A stretch of 64,000 nt of DNA from assembly GCA_036676395.1 (NCBI GenBank), contig JAKFCY010000002.1, forward strand, positions 800,001 through 864,000. The letters run 5' to 3'. A program made the position numbers and the translations under genes. Below are positions 19,658 to 29,991 of the stretch, piece by piece; position 1 is the stretch's first letter; each line of letters begins with the position of its first letter. A model generated the notes under the pieces. It did not search any database. It was not told the origin of the DNA and saw only the letters and a program-made list of their open reading frames with translations. The stretch comes from Bdellovibrio sp. Lineage in GTDB: Bacteria > Bdellovibrionota > Bdellovibrionia > Bdellovibrionales > Bdellovibrionaceae.

Positions 19658-21901
19658 TTAAGCTAGTGTATTAGCTAGTAACATTTCACGGTACTTCGGT
19701 AATGGCCAGAATTCATCTGATACGATAAGTTCTGCTTCATCACAAGCGGCGCGCAGTTTAAAGCTTAACGGCTGCAAAGTATTTACGATTTCATGCATAC
19801 GTTTTTCTTCGTCATGAGACTTTTTAGATTTCTCAACTAACGTTTTCATTTTTTCTAGCTCAGTTAATACGCGAGCTAAAACGCCATCTAAAGTGGTTAA
19901 ACGACTTTCGTGTAACTTAGCTGTAGCTTTGGAAGGAATCGCTGCGTGAGCCTGGGCCATGGCGCCGAATTGTTTTTCGATTGCAGGCACAATGTAAGTC
20001 TCAGCTAATTCGATTAAAGCTAAATGTTCGATGTCTAAAGTTTTCACGTAACGTTCAACCGCGATATGGTAACGCGAATTGATCTCTTCTTGCGATAATA
20101 CATTTGTATCAACTAAGAATTGAGTTTTCTTTTTGTCTTTAAACATCTCTAAAGCTGCAGGCGTCGTGTTTAAGATTGGTAAACCACGCTTTTTAGCTTC
20201 AGCTTTCCATTCATCAGAATAGCCATTACCGCTGAAACGGATATTTTTAGTTTCTTTAACAACCTGACGAACTAATTCCATAACAGCTTCATCGCGCTTT
20301 TTCTTTTTCAATAGGTCTTTTAAACGGGCAGAGCACTCTTTGAACGAGTTCGCTACAGCTGCATTTAAGATCGACATAGGCACGGCTACGTTTTGCGTAG
20401 AGCCTACAGCGCGAAATTCAAATTTGTTTCCGGTAAAAGCAAACGGTGAAGTGCGGTTGCGATCTGTGTAGTCTTTAGAAACTGTTGGAATTTTATTAAC
20501 ACCTAAATCAATGATTGATTGTTCGGTGGCTTTTAAAACTTTACCAGCTTCAATTGTATTTAAGATGTCTTCTAATAAACTTCCTAAGAAAGCAGAGATG
20601 ATCGCAGGTGGCGCTTCGTTAGCCCCTAAACGGTGATCGTTGCCAGGTGAGGCAATGGCTGCACGTAAGATCGCTGCATTGTCATGAACCGCTTTTAATA
20701 CCACAGCTAAACACGCTAAGAAACGTAAGTTTTGGTGCGGAGTGTTTCCTGGTTCAAGTAAGTTTTCACCTTTGTCGTTAGCCATTGACCAGTTGTTGTG
20801 TTTTCCTGATCCGTTAACGCCGGCAAAAGGTTTTTCGTGGAGTAAGCACACTAAACCATGTTTTAAAGCTGTGCGTTTTAAAACTTCCATAGTTAATAAG
20901 TTGTGATCTGAAGCGATATTCATATCTTCAAAGATCGGTGCCAATTCGAATTGGCTTGGTGCCACTTCGTTATGGCGAGTTTTAATCGGTACGCCTAATT
21001 TGTATAATTCAAATTCACACTCCTGCATGTACTGGGTAATACGAGAGGGGATAGCTCCGAAATAGTGATCTTCTAATTGTTGGCCGCGGGCTGCCGCAGA
21101 TCCAACCAATGTGCGACCAGTCATGATTAAGTCAGGGCGTAACGCGACAAAGTTTTTATCCACTAAGAAATACTCTTGTTCAGCACCTAATGTTGTAGAA
21201 ATCTTTTTAACATCCACATCGCCTAACATTTTTAAAAATTCGCAACCAGCATTCGAGACTGATTCAATCGAACGTAATAGGGGAGTCTTATTATCTAATG
21301 CTTGGCCGTGATAACCGAAAAACACTGTAGGAATACATAATGTTTTACCGTTGCCTTCTTCTAAGATGAATAACGGAGAAGAAGGATCCCAAGCCGTGTA
21401 ACCACGTGCTTCAAAAGTTGAACGCATGCCGCCTGAAGGAAATGACGAAGCATCTGGTTCACCTTGAATTAATTGCGAACCCGTGAATCTTTCGATAACA
21501 CGAAGTTCAGAGTGGTTTGAATGTTGAATAGTGATAAAGGCATCATGCTTTTCAGCTGTTGAGCCAGTCATTGGTTGAAACCAGTGACAATAATGAGTCA
21601 CACCTTTTGTGATCGCCCATTCTTTCATTGCCGAAGCAATCGCTTCAGCAGTTTCTTTAGGAAGTTTTTTTCCCTGATCCAAAGTTTTGATTAAATTGTT
21701 ATAGGCATCTTTCGGAAGTTTTTCGCGCATCTGCGCAAGACCGAACGTCGAGCAGCCAAAGTATTCAGATATCGGAGATTCTTTTCCGAACTGATCTTTG
21801 ATTTTTACGATTGAGGTAGTTTTTGTTTCGATGGCCGCTTTAAAAGCGCCGTGACGTGCGGTTACAGCAGTGCCTGCTGCAGTCTCGTTAGTCGAGTGCA
21901 T
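19658..21901 (-). CDS. Glutamine synthetase type III
   Basis: HWFQPMTGSTAEKHD, GEPDASSFPSGG, HEKPFAGVNGSGKHNNWS, HRLGANEAPP, WPLPKY. Confidence 0.96.
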   Translation of the reverse strand: MHSTNETAAGTAVTARHGAFKAAIETKTTSIVKIKDQFGKESPISEYFGCSTFGLAQMREKLPKDAYNNLIKTLDQGKKLPKETAEAIASAMKEWAITKGVTHYCHWFQPMTGSTAEKHDAFITIQHSNHSELRVIERFTGSQLIQGEPDASSFPSGGMRSTFEARGYTAWDPSSPLFILEEGNGKTLCIPTVFFGYHGQALDNKTPLLRSIESVSNAGCEFLKMLGDVDVKKISTTLGAEQEYFLVDKNFVALRPDLIMTGRTLVGSAAARGQQLEDHYFGAIPSRITQYMQECEFELYKLGVPIKTRHNEVAPSQFELAPIFEDMNIASDHNLLTMEVLKRTALKHGLVCLLHEKPFAGVNGSGKHNNWSMANDKGENLLEPGNTPHQNLRFLACLAVVLKAVHDNAAILRAAIASPGNDHRLGANEAPPAIISAFLGSLLEDILNTIEAGKVLKATEQSIIDLGVNKIPTVSKDYTDRNRTSPFAFTGNKFEFRAVGSTQNVAVPMSILNAAVANSFKECSARLKDLLKKKKRDEAVMELVRQVVKETKNIRFSGNGYSDEWKAEAKKRGLPILNTTPAALEMFKDKKKTQFLVDTNVLSQEEINSRYHIAVERYVKTLDIEHLALIELAETYIVPAIEKQFGAMAQAHAAIPSKATAKLHESRLTTLDGVLARVLTELEKMKTLVEKSKKSHDEEKRMHEIVNTLQPLSFKLRAACDEAELIVSDEFWPLPKYREMLLANTLA

Positions 21902-22076
21902 ATTTGCTCCTTCAGTCTCTAAGAATGCGTAACTCTTAGAAAGTTAAAATTTTGCTTGGGAAAGCTTACAGAAATATAAATCTATGTAAAACAGTCCACG
22001 AGACATAGGCTATCGTGCCCGTGAAAAGTTCGCAAGTGGGTCTGGTAAATAATTTAGAGCGTTAGGTTTGGTCTGA

Positions 22077-22409
22077 TTACTTGGCTGCGACTTTAGCGCA
22101 CTTATAGGCGACACCTAGGGCTTTGCCGCCGAAGAATCCGCCTTGAGCTAGCGTCCAAACGATATGAGTGGCGCCCATATTGGCAGCGTCGTTCATAGCT
22201 TGGTTTTTAGCGTAGTTTTTACCAGCTTCTTGCATGAATAAGCCGCCGTATGAAGAGTTACCCACAACTTCACCCATAGTCTTGCAATCTTTAACTTGGC
22301 TTCTTTCGTTATCGTTAACTTGTGTAATACGAGTAGCTTCGTGGGTTAAAGCTGTTGCGCAGCCAGAAAGAGATATAGCTAATAATCCTAATACTAAAAA
22401 ATTTTTCAT
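22077..22409 (-). CDS. Small lipoprotein (DUF4156-like)
   Basis: LSGC lipobox; C..GEV...NDAANMGATHIV..AYKC. Confidence 0.75.
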   Translation of the reverse strand: MKNFLVLGLLAISLSGCATALTHEATRITQVNDNERSQVKDCKTMGEVVGNSSYGGLFMQEAGKNYAKNQAMNDAANMGATHIVWTLAQGGFFGGKALGVAYKCAKVAAK

Positions 22410-22434
22410 TATGTAATCCTTTACGTGTGAAAAT

Positions 22435-23574
22435 TTATTTTACGTGTTTAACAAAAGCGATCAAGGCCATTTCGGCAAAGTACTGCTTACGTCGCTCGAT
22501 CATTAGCGGGGAATTTGACGTAGCTTCAAGTTCTTGCGTGAAGCTGTGGCCGTTGAGGCTTCCCATGACCACGGCGCGCTCTAGATTTTCGTCCTGCGGA
22601 AATAAAGCAATAAAGTTTTCTTCATGTGTGAAAAAATCTGTATCTAAGGGCTCAAGTGATTGTTTCCACATCCAGTTTTTATATTTTTTTAATTCAGTTG
22701 ACAGTCGGTGGTTTAAAAAGCCACTGCTCACAAAATCATAAAATGCAAATTCTGAATTCGCTGTAAGCTGTGAAAACACTTTTGTGATATCAGTAAAGTT
22801 TTTTAACGCCGTAATATTTTCTAAAGCTTTATCAATTTTATCGACGATAGGTTTGGCTAAATTTTCTTGTGATTTGTGATACGTGAATTTCACTTCGACG
22901 TAGGGGTGGTGAACGCGGTAGCCAATATCAAATTTTAAATCTGGCCAGCGGCCTTCAAGACAAGCTTCTGTTAGAGCAGCGACTTCTGATTCTGGAGTTC
23001 CTAGGGTATCCCAAGCTTTGGTGAGTTTTTTATCGAACAACTGGGTTTCGACAAATAACCATTTAGTAATTGATTCATTCCAGACAGCTTCAATTTCTGC
23101 TGGCGGGCCAGGAAGTACAAAAACATCTTTTAATCCATAAGTGGTTTGCACTTCCATTTGAAAACCATTTGCTGTTCCTTGTGAATTATTTAAAATCACA
23201 GCGCCTTCAGGAAAATAACATTGTTGTTTTTGAATGTCTCTGACGACAAGATTTCGGCTGTTCATACGAACAACAATAGATTGCCAAGATTTATCATCAA
23301 ATTTTAATTCTTTTTTTGACCACTCCGAAATTAACTCGCGGGTGAAATCATCACTCGTTGGGCCAAGGCCGCCAGTTACAAAAATATAATCAGAATTTTG
23401 GGCGCAAAAATCTAAAGATTTCAAAATAGAAGGGCGATCATCCGGCACAGTCAGCTGTAGAGCGGTTTCTAAACCAAAAGGGATAAGTTTGTCTGAAATC
23501 CATGCTGCGTTCTTATTGAAGATTTGTCCGGTGGTTAATTCAGTGCCAACGCCTAAAATAGTGGCTTTTTTCAT
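22435..23574 (-). CDS. cinA: CinA-family protein (MoCF/MCD domain, degenerate C-terminus)
   Basis: GTELTTGQ, TGGLGPTSDDFT, GTANG, LPGPPAE. Confidence 0.85.
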   Translation of the reverse strand: MKKATILGVGTELTTGQIFNKNAAWISDKLIPFGLETALQLTVPDDRPSILKSLDFCAQNSDYIFVTGGLGPTSDDFTRELISEWSKKELKFDDKSWQSIVVRMNSRNLVVRDIQKQQCYFPEGAVILNNSQGTANGFQMEVQTTYGLKDVFVLPGPPAEIEAVWNESITKWLFVETQLFDKKLTKAWDTLGTPESEVAALTEACLEGRWPDLKFDIGYRVHHPYVEVKFTYHKSQENLAKPIVDKIDKALENITALKNFTDITKVFSQLTANSEFAFYDFVSSGFLNHRLSTELKKYKNWMWKQSLEPLDTDFFTHEENFIALFPQDENLERAVVMGSLNGHSFTQELEATSNSPLMIERRKQYFAEMALIAFVKHVK

Positions 23575-23660
23575 AGCTAAATCCTTATTTTGACCTTTAT
23601 CAAGCCTGATACCTTTGTTACAGTCAAGCCATTCAAAAACCAGCTTTCCGAGGTGAAACC

Positions 23661-24860
23661 ATGAACACAGTTGATTTAAAAACTTTTGATTTAGCTAATC
23701 CTACTGAAACGCACCAAATGTTGCGCGACACTTTAAAATCTTTTGTTCAAGCCGAAGTTGAACCACAAGCTCATGAGCACGACAAAAAAGAAAAATTCAA
23801 TTTACCTCTGTTTAGAAAATTAGGCGAACTTGGTTTATTAGGAATCACGGTTCCAGAACAATACGGTGGTTCGGGGCTTGATGCGACTGCAGTTGTATTA
23901 GTGCATGAAGAATTATCTGCAAGTGATCCAGGCTTTGCGCTAGCTTATTTGGCGCATGCATTACTTTGCGTAAATAACTTAGCTGTTAATGGTTCTGATG
24001 CGCAAAGAGAAAAATACTTACCAAAACTTTGCTCTGGTGAATTTGTTGGTGCCATGGCGATGTCTGAACCAGATTACGGCACAGACGTGATGGGCATGCA
24101 AACTACCGCAACTAAAAAAGGCGACAAGTACGTTCTTAACGGTCGCAAAATGTGGATCACTAACGGCGCAATCGATGATAATAAAACTGCGTGTGACATG
24201 GTTTGGGTTTACGCAAAAACTGGCGAAAAAAATGGCCGCGCCCAATTATCAACATTCATTGTTGAAAAAGGGGATTTAGGTTTCTACGTTGGTCAAAAAA
24301 TCCACGATAAATTAGGAATGCGCGCTTCAAACACAGCAGAATTAGTTTTTGAAAACTGCGAAATTCCAGCAGACCGTTTAGTGGGCCACGAAGGTGATTC
24401 TATGCTTCATATGATGCGTAACCTTGAATTAGAACGCATTGGTTTAGCGGCGATGTCTTTAGGTATCGCTCGTCGTTCAATTGAAATTATGAATAAATAT
24501 GCAACTGATCGTAAGGCTTTCGGAAAGCCTTTAAATTTCTACGGCCAAATCCAAAAGTATGTTGCAGATTCTTACGCTGAATACAAAGCTAGCTCTGCGT
24601 ATGTGTACGATACAGCACGTAAACATGATCTGCATAAAGAAGGTAATCGTTTAGATTCAGATGGCGTAAAGCTTGTAGCTACGACTATGGCTAAAAACGT
24701 AGCTGACCGTGCAATCCAGGTTCTTGGTGGTTTTGGTTATGTGGGTGAGTATGTTGTTGAGCGCCTATGGAGAGATTCTAAATTATTAGAAATCGGCGGC
24801 GGTACATTAGAGGCGCACCAAAAAAATATCACGCGTGATCTTGCACGTTTAGGTTTCTAA
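23661..24860 (+). CDS. Acyl-CoA dehydrogenase (isovaleryl-CoA dehydrogenase-like)
   Basis: AMSEPDYGTD, NGRKMWITNG, KLGMRAS, QVLGGFGY, EIGGGT. Confidence 0.92.
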   Translation: MNTVDLKTFDLANPTETHQMLRDTLKSFVQAEVEPQAHEHDKKEKFNLPLFRKLGELGLLGITVPEQYGGSGLDATAVVLVHEELSASDPGFALAYLAHALLCVNNLAVNGSDAQREKYLPKLCSGEFVGAMAMSEPDYGTDVMGMQTTATKKGDKYVLNGRKMWITNGAIDDNKTACDMVWVYAKTGEKNGRAQLSTFIVEKGDLGFYVGQKIHDKLGMRASNTAELVFENCEIPADRLVGHEGDSMLHMMRNLELERIGLAAMSLGIARRSIEIMNKYATDRKAFGKPLNFYGQIQKYVADSYAEYKASSAYVYDTARKHDLHKEGNRLDSDGVKLVATTMAKNVADRAIQVLGGFGYVGEYVVERLWRDSKLLEIGGGTLEAHQKNITRDLARLGF

Positions 24861-25574
24861 TTGGCGTCTAATCATTTTCCACTAAAGTCTGATCTTGAAA
24901 TCACACCCGGGCGTTTTGTTTCGGCTGATACGGTTATGGAAAAAATCTGGCCGATTTTAACTCCCGAGCGCCAGCGAAAAATTGAAGCCGTTACTTCAAA
25001 AAGATGTTTTTCAATTCCGGTGGTTTTAGAAAGTATTTATGACCGCGGTAATATCAGCGCGGTTATGCGTACAGCCGAAGGCTTAGGTTTTGCTAACTTT
25101 CACATTATCGAAACGGCCGAGAAATTTAAAAATTCTCAGCGTGTGACCCAAGGTGCTGATAAGTGGATTGAAGCTAAAAAGTGGAAATCCTCTGCTGAAG
25201 CGATTAAGTATTTTAAAGATAATAAAATCCGTATATGCGTGACTTCACTAGAGGCAGCTAAACCCCTGCATGAAGTCGATTTTTCTACGCCTTTAGCTTT
25301 AGTGCTGGGTAATGAAAAAGACGGAGTATCAAAAGAAATGTTAGAGGCCGCCGATGAACGGGTGATTATCCCGATGCCTGGCTTTGTACAAAGTTTTAAC
25401 ATCTCGGTAGCCGGTGCTTTGTGCCTGTATCAAATCTTTCAAAGCCGATTACATCGATTAGGCCAAAATGAAGATGTAACCCCTGAGCAGATCTCGATTT
25501 TAAAGGCAGCCTATGCTTTACGAACCCTGGATTCGGCCGAAGACATTTTGCGCGCAGACACTGTAAAAAATTAA
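24861..25574 (+). CDS. trmH: SpoU/TrmH RNA 2'-O-methyltransferase
   Basis: GNISAVMRTAEGLG, LGNEKDG, IPMPGFVQSFNISVA. Confidence 0.88.
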   Translation: MASNHFPLKSDLEITPGRFVSADTVMEKIWPILTPERQRKIEAVTSKRCFSIPVVLESIYDRGNISAVMRTAEGLGFANFHIIETAEKFKNSQRVTQGADKWIEAKKWKSSAEAIKYFKDNKIRICVTSLEAAKPLHEVDFSTPLALVLGNEKDGVSKEMLEAADERVIIPMPGFVQSFNISVAGALCLYQIFQSRLHRLGQNEDVTPEQISILKAAYALRTLDSAEDILRADTVKN

Positions 25575-25680
25575 CCTTATTTTCCAAAAACCTGCCTTAA
25601 CTGAATTCTAACCCGGTTATATACGATTTAATGGTATAACTGCTCCTGTTGATAAAAACCCAACCCTTCAGGAGATATGT

Positions 25681-26145
25681 ATGAAATACACTTTAGCTTT
25701 TTTAATCGCAACGATTGCGGCGTCTTCGGTATTCGCCGGTGAAACAGTCTGTTTAAACGCAAAACTAAAAGTAAACACGGTGCCATCTTTAAGTTGTGGC
25801 AGCGTTAAGCAAATTTGCGTGACTGGCTACGAACAACACGACGAAGCTCGTGTAGACGAAAGAATGACGGCTAAATCATTAGTGTTAACGAATGAAAGCG
25901 GTAAATCTTTAGAATTACGATTTGATGGACAAACGGTAAGTCACGATTCAGATGTCGACACTCATTTAGGTTTGGATTTTAGTAACAAAACGATTTCAGC
26001 TGCTTTAGAAATTGAAACTGATTATATGGATTACGATTCACGTGCACCAATTACTGGAACATTCATTTTGATGGATCTATACAGAGCTTATAAAGTTAAT
26101 GGTGATATCAAAGTTCAACGTTGTGAATACGAACTTTCAAAATAA
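25681..26145 (+). CDS. Hypothetical secreted protein
   Basis: AGGAG SD, signal peptide. Confidence 0.75.
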   Translation: MKYTLAFLIATIAASSVFAGETVCLNAKLKVNTVPSLSCGSVKQICVTGYEQHDEARVDERMTAKSLVLTNESGKSLELRFDGQTVSHDSDVDTHLGLDFSNKTISAALEIETDYMDYDSRAPITGTFILMDLYRAYKVNGDIKVQRCEYELSK

Positions 26146-27726
26146 TTAAATTTTTCTGACGATGATGCCTTTGAGTAAATTATCAAAGGCATCAGGAAAC
26201 TCAAAATCCAAATCTGGTGTTGCTAATTCCTGAAATTTAAACTGACCTTTTGGTAAAGCCTTTTCAAATTGTTTTTGAATGTCATTCAAAGACCACTTTT
26301 CAAAGTTACACGTAAATAAAATTAAACCCTTACCATTTAAACAAGACCACATTAACTTAGCTAACGCGGGAAAGTCTTTATCTAACTTCCAGGTCGTGGT
26401 TTTCGTTCTGCCAAATGATGGGGGGTCACAAATGATCACATCCCACTTGCGGTTACGCTTAATCGAGCCTTCTAAGAAAAGCAGTGAATCTTGAGCGAAG
26501 AATTCGTGCTTTTCAGAATCTAAGTTATTTAATTTAAAATTGTCTTTAGACCAATCTAAGAAAGCGCGGCTGGCATCGACTGTGGTGATCTGTTTGGCGC
26601 CGCCAACTCCGGCAGCGACCGAAAACACCGACGTGTAAGAAAATAAATTAAGAACTGACTTACCCTTAGAGTTTTCTAAGATAAATTGGCGGTTATCACG
26701 CTGATCTAAAAATAATCCAGGTGAAAAACCCTGATCACGGCGAAGTTCGCATAACAGGTTATGTTCTTTCGCGGTCCATTTTTCAGGAGCCGTCGAATAG
26801 TACAAATCTTTTTGTTCTTTACCACCGACGCCAGTGCCACGATTGATCATATGGCGAACGACATAATCCAAATTATGCTTTTTGCAAAAATCAGCAAGGG
26901 TTGAAAGATCAAGATCAGTGGGTGGATCTTTTTTATACCAATACACCCAAATAATTGAACCGTACAAATCAGCGCGAATTTCTTGCTCTTGATTCGTGCG
27001 ATGATACAGGCGATATGTTTGATCTTTTTCGATCGTCATCATCGCATTTAAATCAGTGTATTCGCTGGTGACGAAATCACCTAAAGTGTTTACAGAATTT
27101 TCAAAACAATAAGGAAGCGGAGCTGTAAACGTTTGCATTTTACCATCGAAAGAAAAAGAAATTTCAGCCGCGTGCAGGGCAAGACGAAACCAAGGGCTTC
27201 CGCCATGTTCGGTGTCGCCTAATACAGGAATCCCTAATTTTTCTGCATGTAGTCTGATTTGGTGTGGCTTTCCGGTGATGGGTTCAGCTTTCCATAAATA
27301 CAATAAATCAGAAATTTTTTTAGAAAGCGTGAATTTGGTTTCAGAGTTATCTTCTTTGGCCGGAATGTTAGCGAATTTTTTATCTACTTTATCGATATGT
27401 GATTTTACGGTGTGTGCTTCGCCCGCGTTTTTTAAAGTTTGATCTGTTAGAAAGTAGTAAGTTTTTTTAACGTCGCGCGATTCAAATTGCTTGGCTAATT
27501 GTGCAGCAGCCTCTTTATTTTTGGCGAACACGATGAGGCCTGAAGTTTCTTTGTCAAGGCGGTGCACAACCAATAATTCTTGTTTAATTTTGCTCGATAA
27601 TACTTCAACTAACCCCAACTGGTTCTCATTCACTTTGTGAGTGCGAAAGCCTGATCTTTTGTTAAAAACGATATAATCAGGCTGATCAGTGTATCGTAGG
27701 TTGTAGGGGCTGCCAGACTGTTGCAT
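26146..27726 (-). CDS. Fusion of RluA-family pseudouridine synthase and RlmI/RlmK-type SAM methyltransferase
   Basis: VHRLDKETSG and TGKPHQIRLH; then GLFLDQRDNR, VLNLFSYT, DPPSF; start may be GTG at 27759. Confidence 0.88.
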   Translation of the reverse strand: MQQSGSPYNLRYTDQPDYIVFNKRSGFRTHKVNENQLGLVEVLSSKIKQELLVVHRLDKETSGLIVFAKNKEAAAQLAKQFESRDVKKTYYFLTDQTLKNAGEAHTVKSHIDKVDKKFANIPAKEDNSETKFTLSKKISDLLYLWKAEPITGKPHQIRLHAEKLGIPVLGDTEHGGSPWFRLALHAAEISFSFDGKMQTFTAPLPYCFENSVNTLGDFVTSEYTDLNAMMTIEKDQTYRLYHRTNQEQEIRADLYGSIIWVYWYKKDPPTDLDLSTLADFCKKHNLDYVVRHMINRGTGVGGKEQKDLYYSTAPEKWTAKEHNLLCELRRDQGFSPGLFLDQRDNRQFILENSKGKSVLNLFSYTSVFSVAAGVGGAKQITTVDASRAFLDWSKDNFKLNNLDSEKHEFFAQDSLLFLEGSIKRNRKWDVIICDPPSFGRTKTTTWKLDKDFPALAKLMWSCLNGKGLILFTCNFEKWSLNDIQKQFEKALPKGQFKFQELATPDLDFEFPDAFDNLLKGIIVRKI

Positions 27727-27806
27727 AGAGTTACAAGGTAACTGTTTCCTTTTCTTCACGCAAGCAGGTTGATATATTTCAACTACTCAAAAGGAGTATA
27801 TTTCTT

Positions 27807-28388
27807 ATGAACAAAATCGTTTTATTAGCTATGGCTTTATTTCTTACAGGTTGTGGTATTCAAAGCATTCCGCAACAAAAAAATGAAGTTGATGCTTCAT
27901 TGGCTGAGATTACAAATCAATATAAACGCCGTGCGGATCTAATTCCAAACTTAGTCAATGTTGTAAAAGGTTACGCAGGTCATGAAAAAGACACATTACA
28001 AGGTGTTGTTGAAGCGCGCGCTAAAGCGACTTCGGTAAACATTGATCCAAAAAACATGTCAGCTGAAAAATTAGCTGAGTTTTCAAGAGCACAGGGCCAA
28101 TTATCACAAGCTTTAGGTAAGCTAATGATGATCACCGAAAATTACCCTAACTTAAAAGCCGATCAAAACTTTCGTGATCTACAAGCTCAGCTTGAGGGCA
28201 CTGAAAATCGTATCACTGTAGCGCGTAACCGTTACATCGAACAAATCAAAGGCTTTAATAATTTAGTGACTGTTCCGCCAACGAACATCACGAACATGAT
28301 TATTTATCGCTATGAAAAAATGCCTCAATGGGATGTTTCAGAAGCTGAAAAAGCAACTAACGAAAAAGCTCCAGAAGTTAAATTTTAG
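27807..28388 (+). CDS. lemA: LemA family lipoprotein
   Basis: LTGC; YKRRADLIPNLV; ENYPNLKA; LEGTENRITVAR. Confidence 0.93.
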   Translation: MNKIVLLAMALFLTGCGIQSIPQQKNEVDASLAEITNQYKRRADLIPNLVNVVKGYAGHEKDTLQGVVEARAKATSVNIDPKNMSAEKLAEFSRAQGQLSQALGKLMMITENYPNLKADQNFRDLQAQLEGTENRITVARNRYIEQIKGFNNLVTVPPTNITNMIIYRYEKMPQWDVSEAEKATNEKAPEVKF

Positions 28389-28393
28389 TTTTA

Positions 28394-29191
28394 ATGTTTA
28401 ATAGAACTCTGTTCTTTATCTTAGGATTTCTTTGGCTAAGCGTAAGCTTAGCCTTTGAAGTGCCAAACCTAACCGGTCCGGTCGTTGATCAGGCAGGTGC
28501 TTTATCGCGCGAAGAAGCTAATCAAATTTCTGAACGCTTGCACGCGATTAAAAATCAGGGCGGCGCACAGATTCAAGTGTTAATTGTTTCTACGCTTCAA
28601 GGTGAAGCGATCGAGCAAGCTTCGATTCAGGTTTTTGATAAATGGAAACTGGGCGATGCAAAAAAAGACGATGGCATTTTATTTTTAGTGGCTCTTAATG
28701 ATCGAAAACTTCGAATCGAAGTTGGCCAAGGTTTAGAAGGTAATATTCCAGATATTATCGCTAAACGTATTATCAGCGAAATCACCAGACCCATTTTTAA
28801 ATCACGTAATTATTTTGCCGGTATTTATTTAACGACTGAAGCCATTAATCAGGCGGCAACGACTGCAGATGGTCAAATCTTTGATGTCTATGGTTTTAAA
28901 GAACAGGTGTTAGCAAACCCAAGTTTATTAACTGAACGAGAACGCAGTAATTTATCAGATCGCCAAGAACCCGCAACAAAAGGCAAAAAACTTTCAAGCA
29001 CTTTGGTGTTTTTAGTTTTAGGTGTGCTTTGGATCATTATTTTTATTTTTAGCCCATCAACGGCTCTGTGGATTTTGTTTTCGCTATTAAGTGGCGGCCG
29101 CGGCGGTGGTGGTGGACGTGGCGGCGGAGGCGGCGGTTGGTCTGGTGGTGGCGGAAGCTCATCAGGTGGCGGCGCTTCAGGAGATTGGTGA
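28394..29191 (+). CDS. TPM-domain protein (YgcG-like) with Gly-rich tail
   Basis: VVDQAGAL, WKLG..DDGIL, IEVGQGLEG, GGGSSSGGGASGDW. Confidence 0.9.
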   Translation: MFNRTLFFILGFLWLSVSLAFEVPNLTGPVVDQAGALSREEANQISERLHAIKNQGGAQIQVLIVSTLQGEAIEQASIQVFDKWKLGDAKKDDGILFLVALNDRKLRIEVGQGLEGNIPDIIAKRIISEITRPIFKSRNYFAGIYLTTEAINQAATTADGQIFDVYGFKEQVLANPSLLTERERSNLSDRQEPATKGKKLSSTLVFLVLGVLWIIIFIFSPSTALWILFSLLSGGRGGGGGRGGGGGGWSGGGGSSSGGGASGDW

Positions 29192-29841
29192 TGTCTAAAA
29201 TTAAAATCGATGCAGCAAAAATTGAAGCAGCCATCGCAGACTTTGAACAGTCTGTTGATTTTGAATTAGTTCCGGTGATTGCTAAAAGCTCGACACCAAC
29301 GCTACATGTTCCGTTCGTGATTAGTTCATTATTAATGATCTTTGTATTCTTTGGTTTTGAAGCCTATTACTTGGCCCAGTGGCACGATTGGGAAGCTTCG
29401 ACGATCATTCACTGGTTAGCGACGTTGTTTGCCATCACGCTAGGCGTAGGGTTTTTGCTGGCCCGTATAGATAGCGTTCGCAGATTATTAACGCCAAGTA
29501 AATACCGTCATCAGTTTGCCCAGCTTGAAGCTGAGCAAGTCTTTTTAAAAAAACGCCTCTATGAGACCCATGCTCATCAGGGTTTACTTTTGTTCATCTC
29601 TTTAATGGAGCATCGTATCGTGGTATTACCGGATATTCGTTCTGAATTTAGCGGTGCGCAAAAGCTCAGTGAAGAAGTGCTTAAAATTCTACAAGATGAT
29701 TTTAAAGCGGGCAGCTATGAGCAAGGTCTTTTAGACGCCATCGCGCATCTTAAACTGGTGTTAGCTCCGCAGTTTCCTAAAAAAGCAGATTCAAACCATG
29801 GAAATCAACTTCCGAACAAGTTGATTTGGTGGGACGAATAG
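29191..29841 (+). CDS. TPM-domain membrane protein
   Basis: TGATG coupling; GLLLFISLMEHRIVVLPD, NQLPN. Confidence 0.85.
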   Translation: MSKIKIDAAKIEAAIADFEQSVDFELVPVIAKSSTPTLHVPFVISSLLMIFVFFGFEAYYLAQWHDWEASTIIHWLATLFAITLGVGFLLARIDSVRRLLTPSKYRHQFAQLEAEQVFLKKRLYETHAHQGLLLFISLMEHRIVVLPDIRSEFSGAQKLSEEVLKILQDDFKAGSYEQGLLDAIAHLKLVLAPQFPKKADSNHGNQLPNKLIWWDE

Positions 29842-29873
29842 CCTAGTATTTTCTTAAATTAATTATCTACAGT

Positions 29874-29949
29874 GCGATCGTAGTTCAATGGATAGAATTC
29901 CCGGCTTCGAACCGGTAGGTTGCAGGTTCGAGTCCTGCCGATCGCACCA
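29874..29949 (+). tRNA. tRNA-Arg(UCG)
   Basis: Cloverleaf with GCGATCG/CGATCGC acceptor stem, loop CT-TCG-AA, GGTTCGAGT, A20, encoded CCA. Confidence 0.95.
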
Positions 29950-29991
29950 ATTCTAGATCTTCGTTTTTCAATTCGTTCTATGTGAAGAATG

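Noticed and set aside
29068..29190. W/R-rich N-terminal extension of the TPM protein
   Set aside because: Out-of-frame read of the upstream Gly-rich tail; the real start is the coupled ATG at 29191
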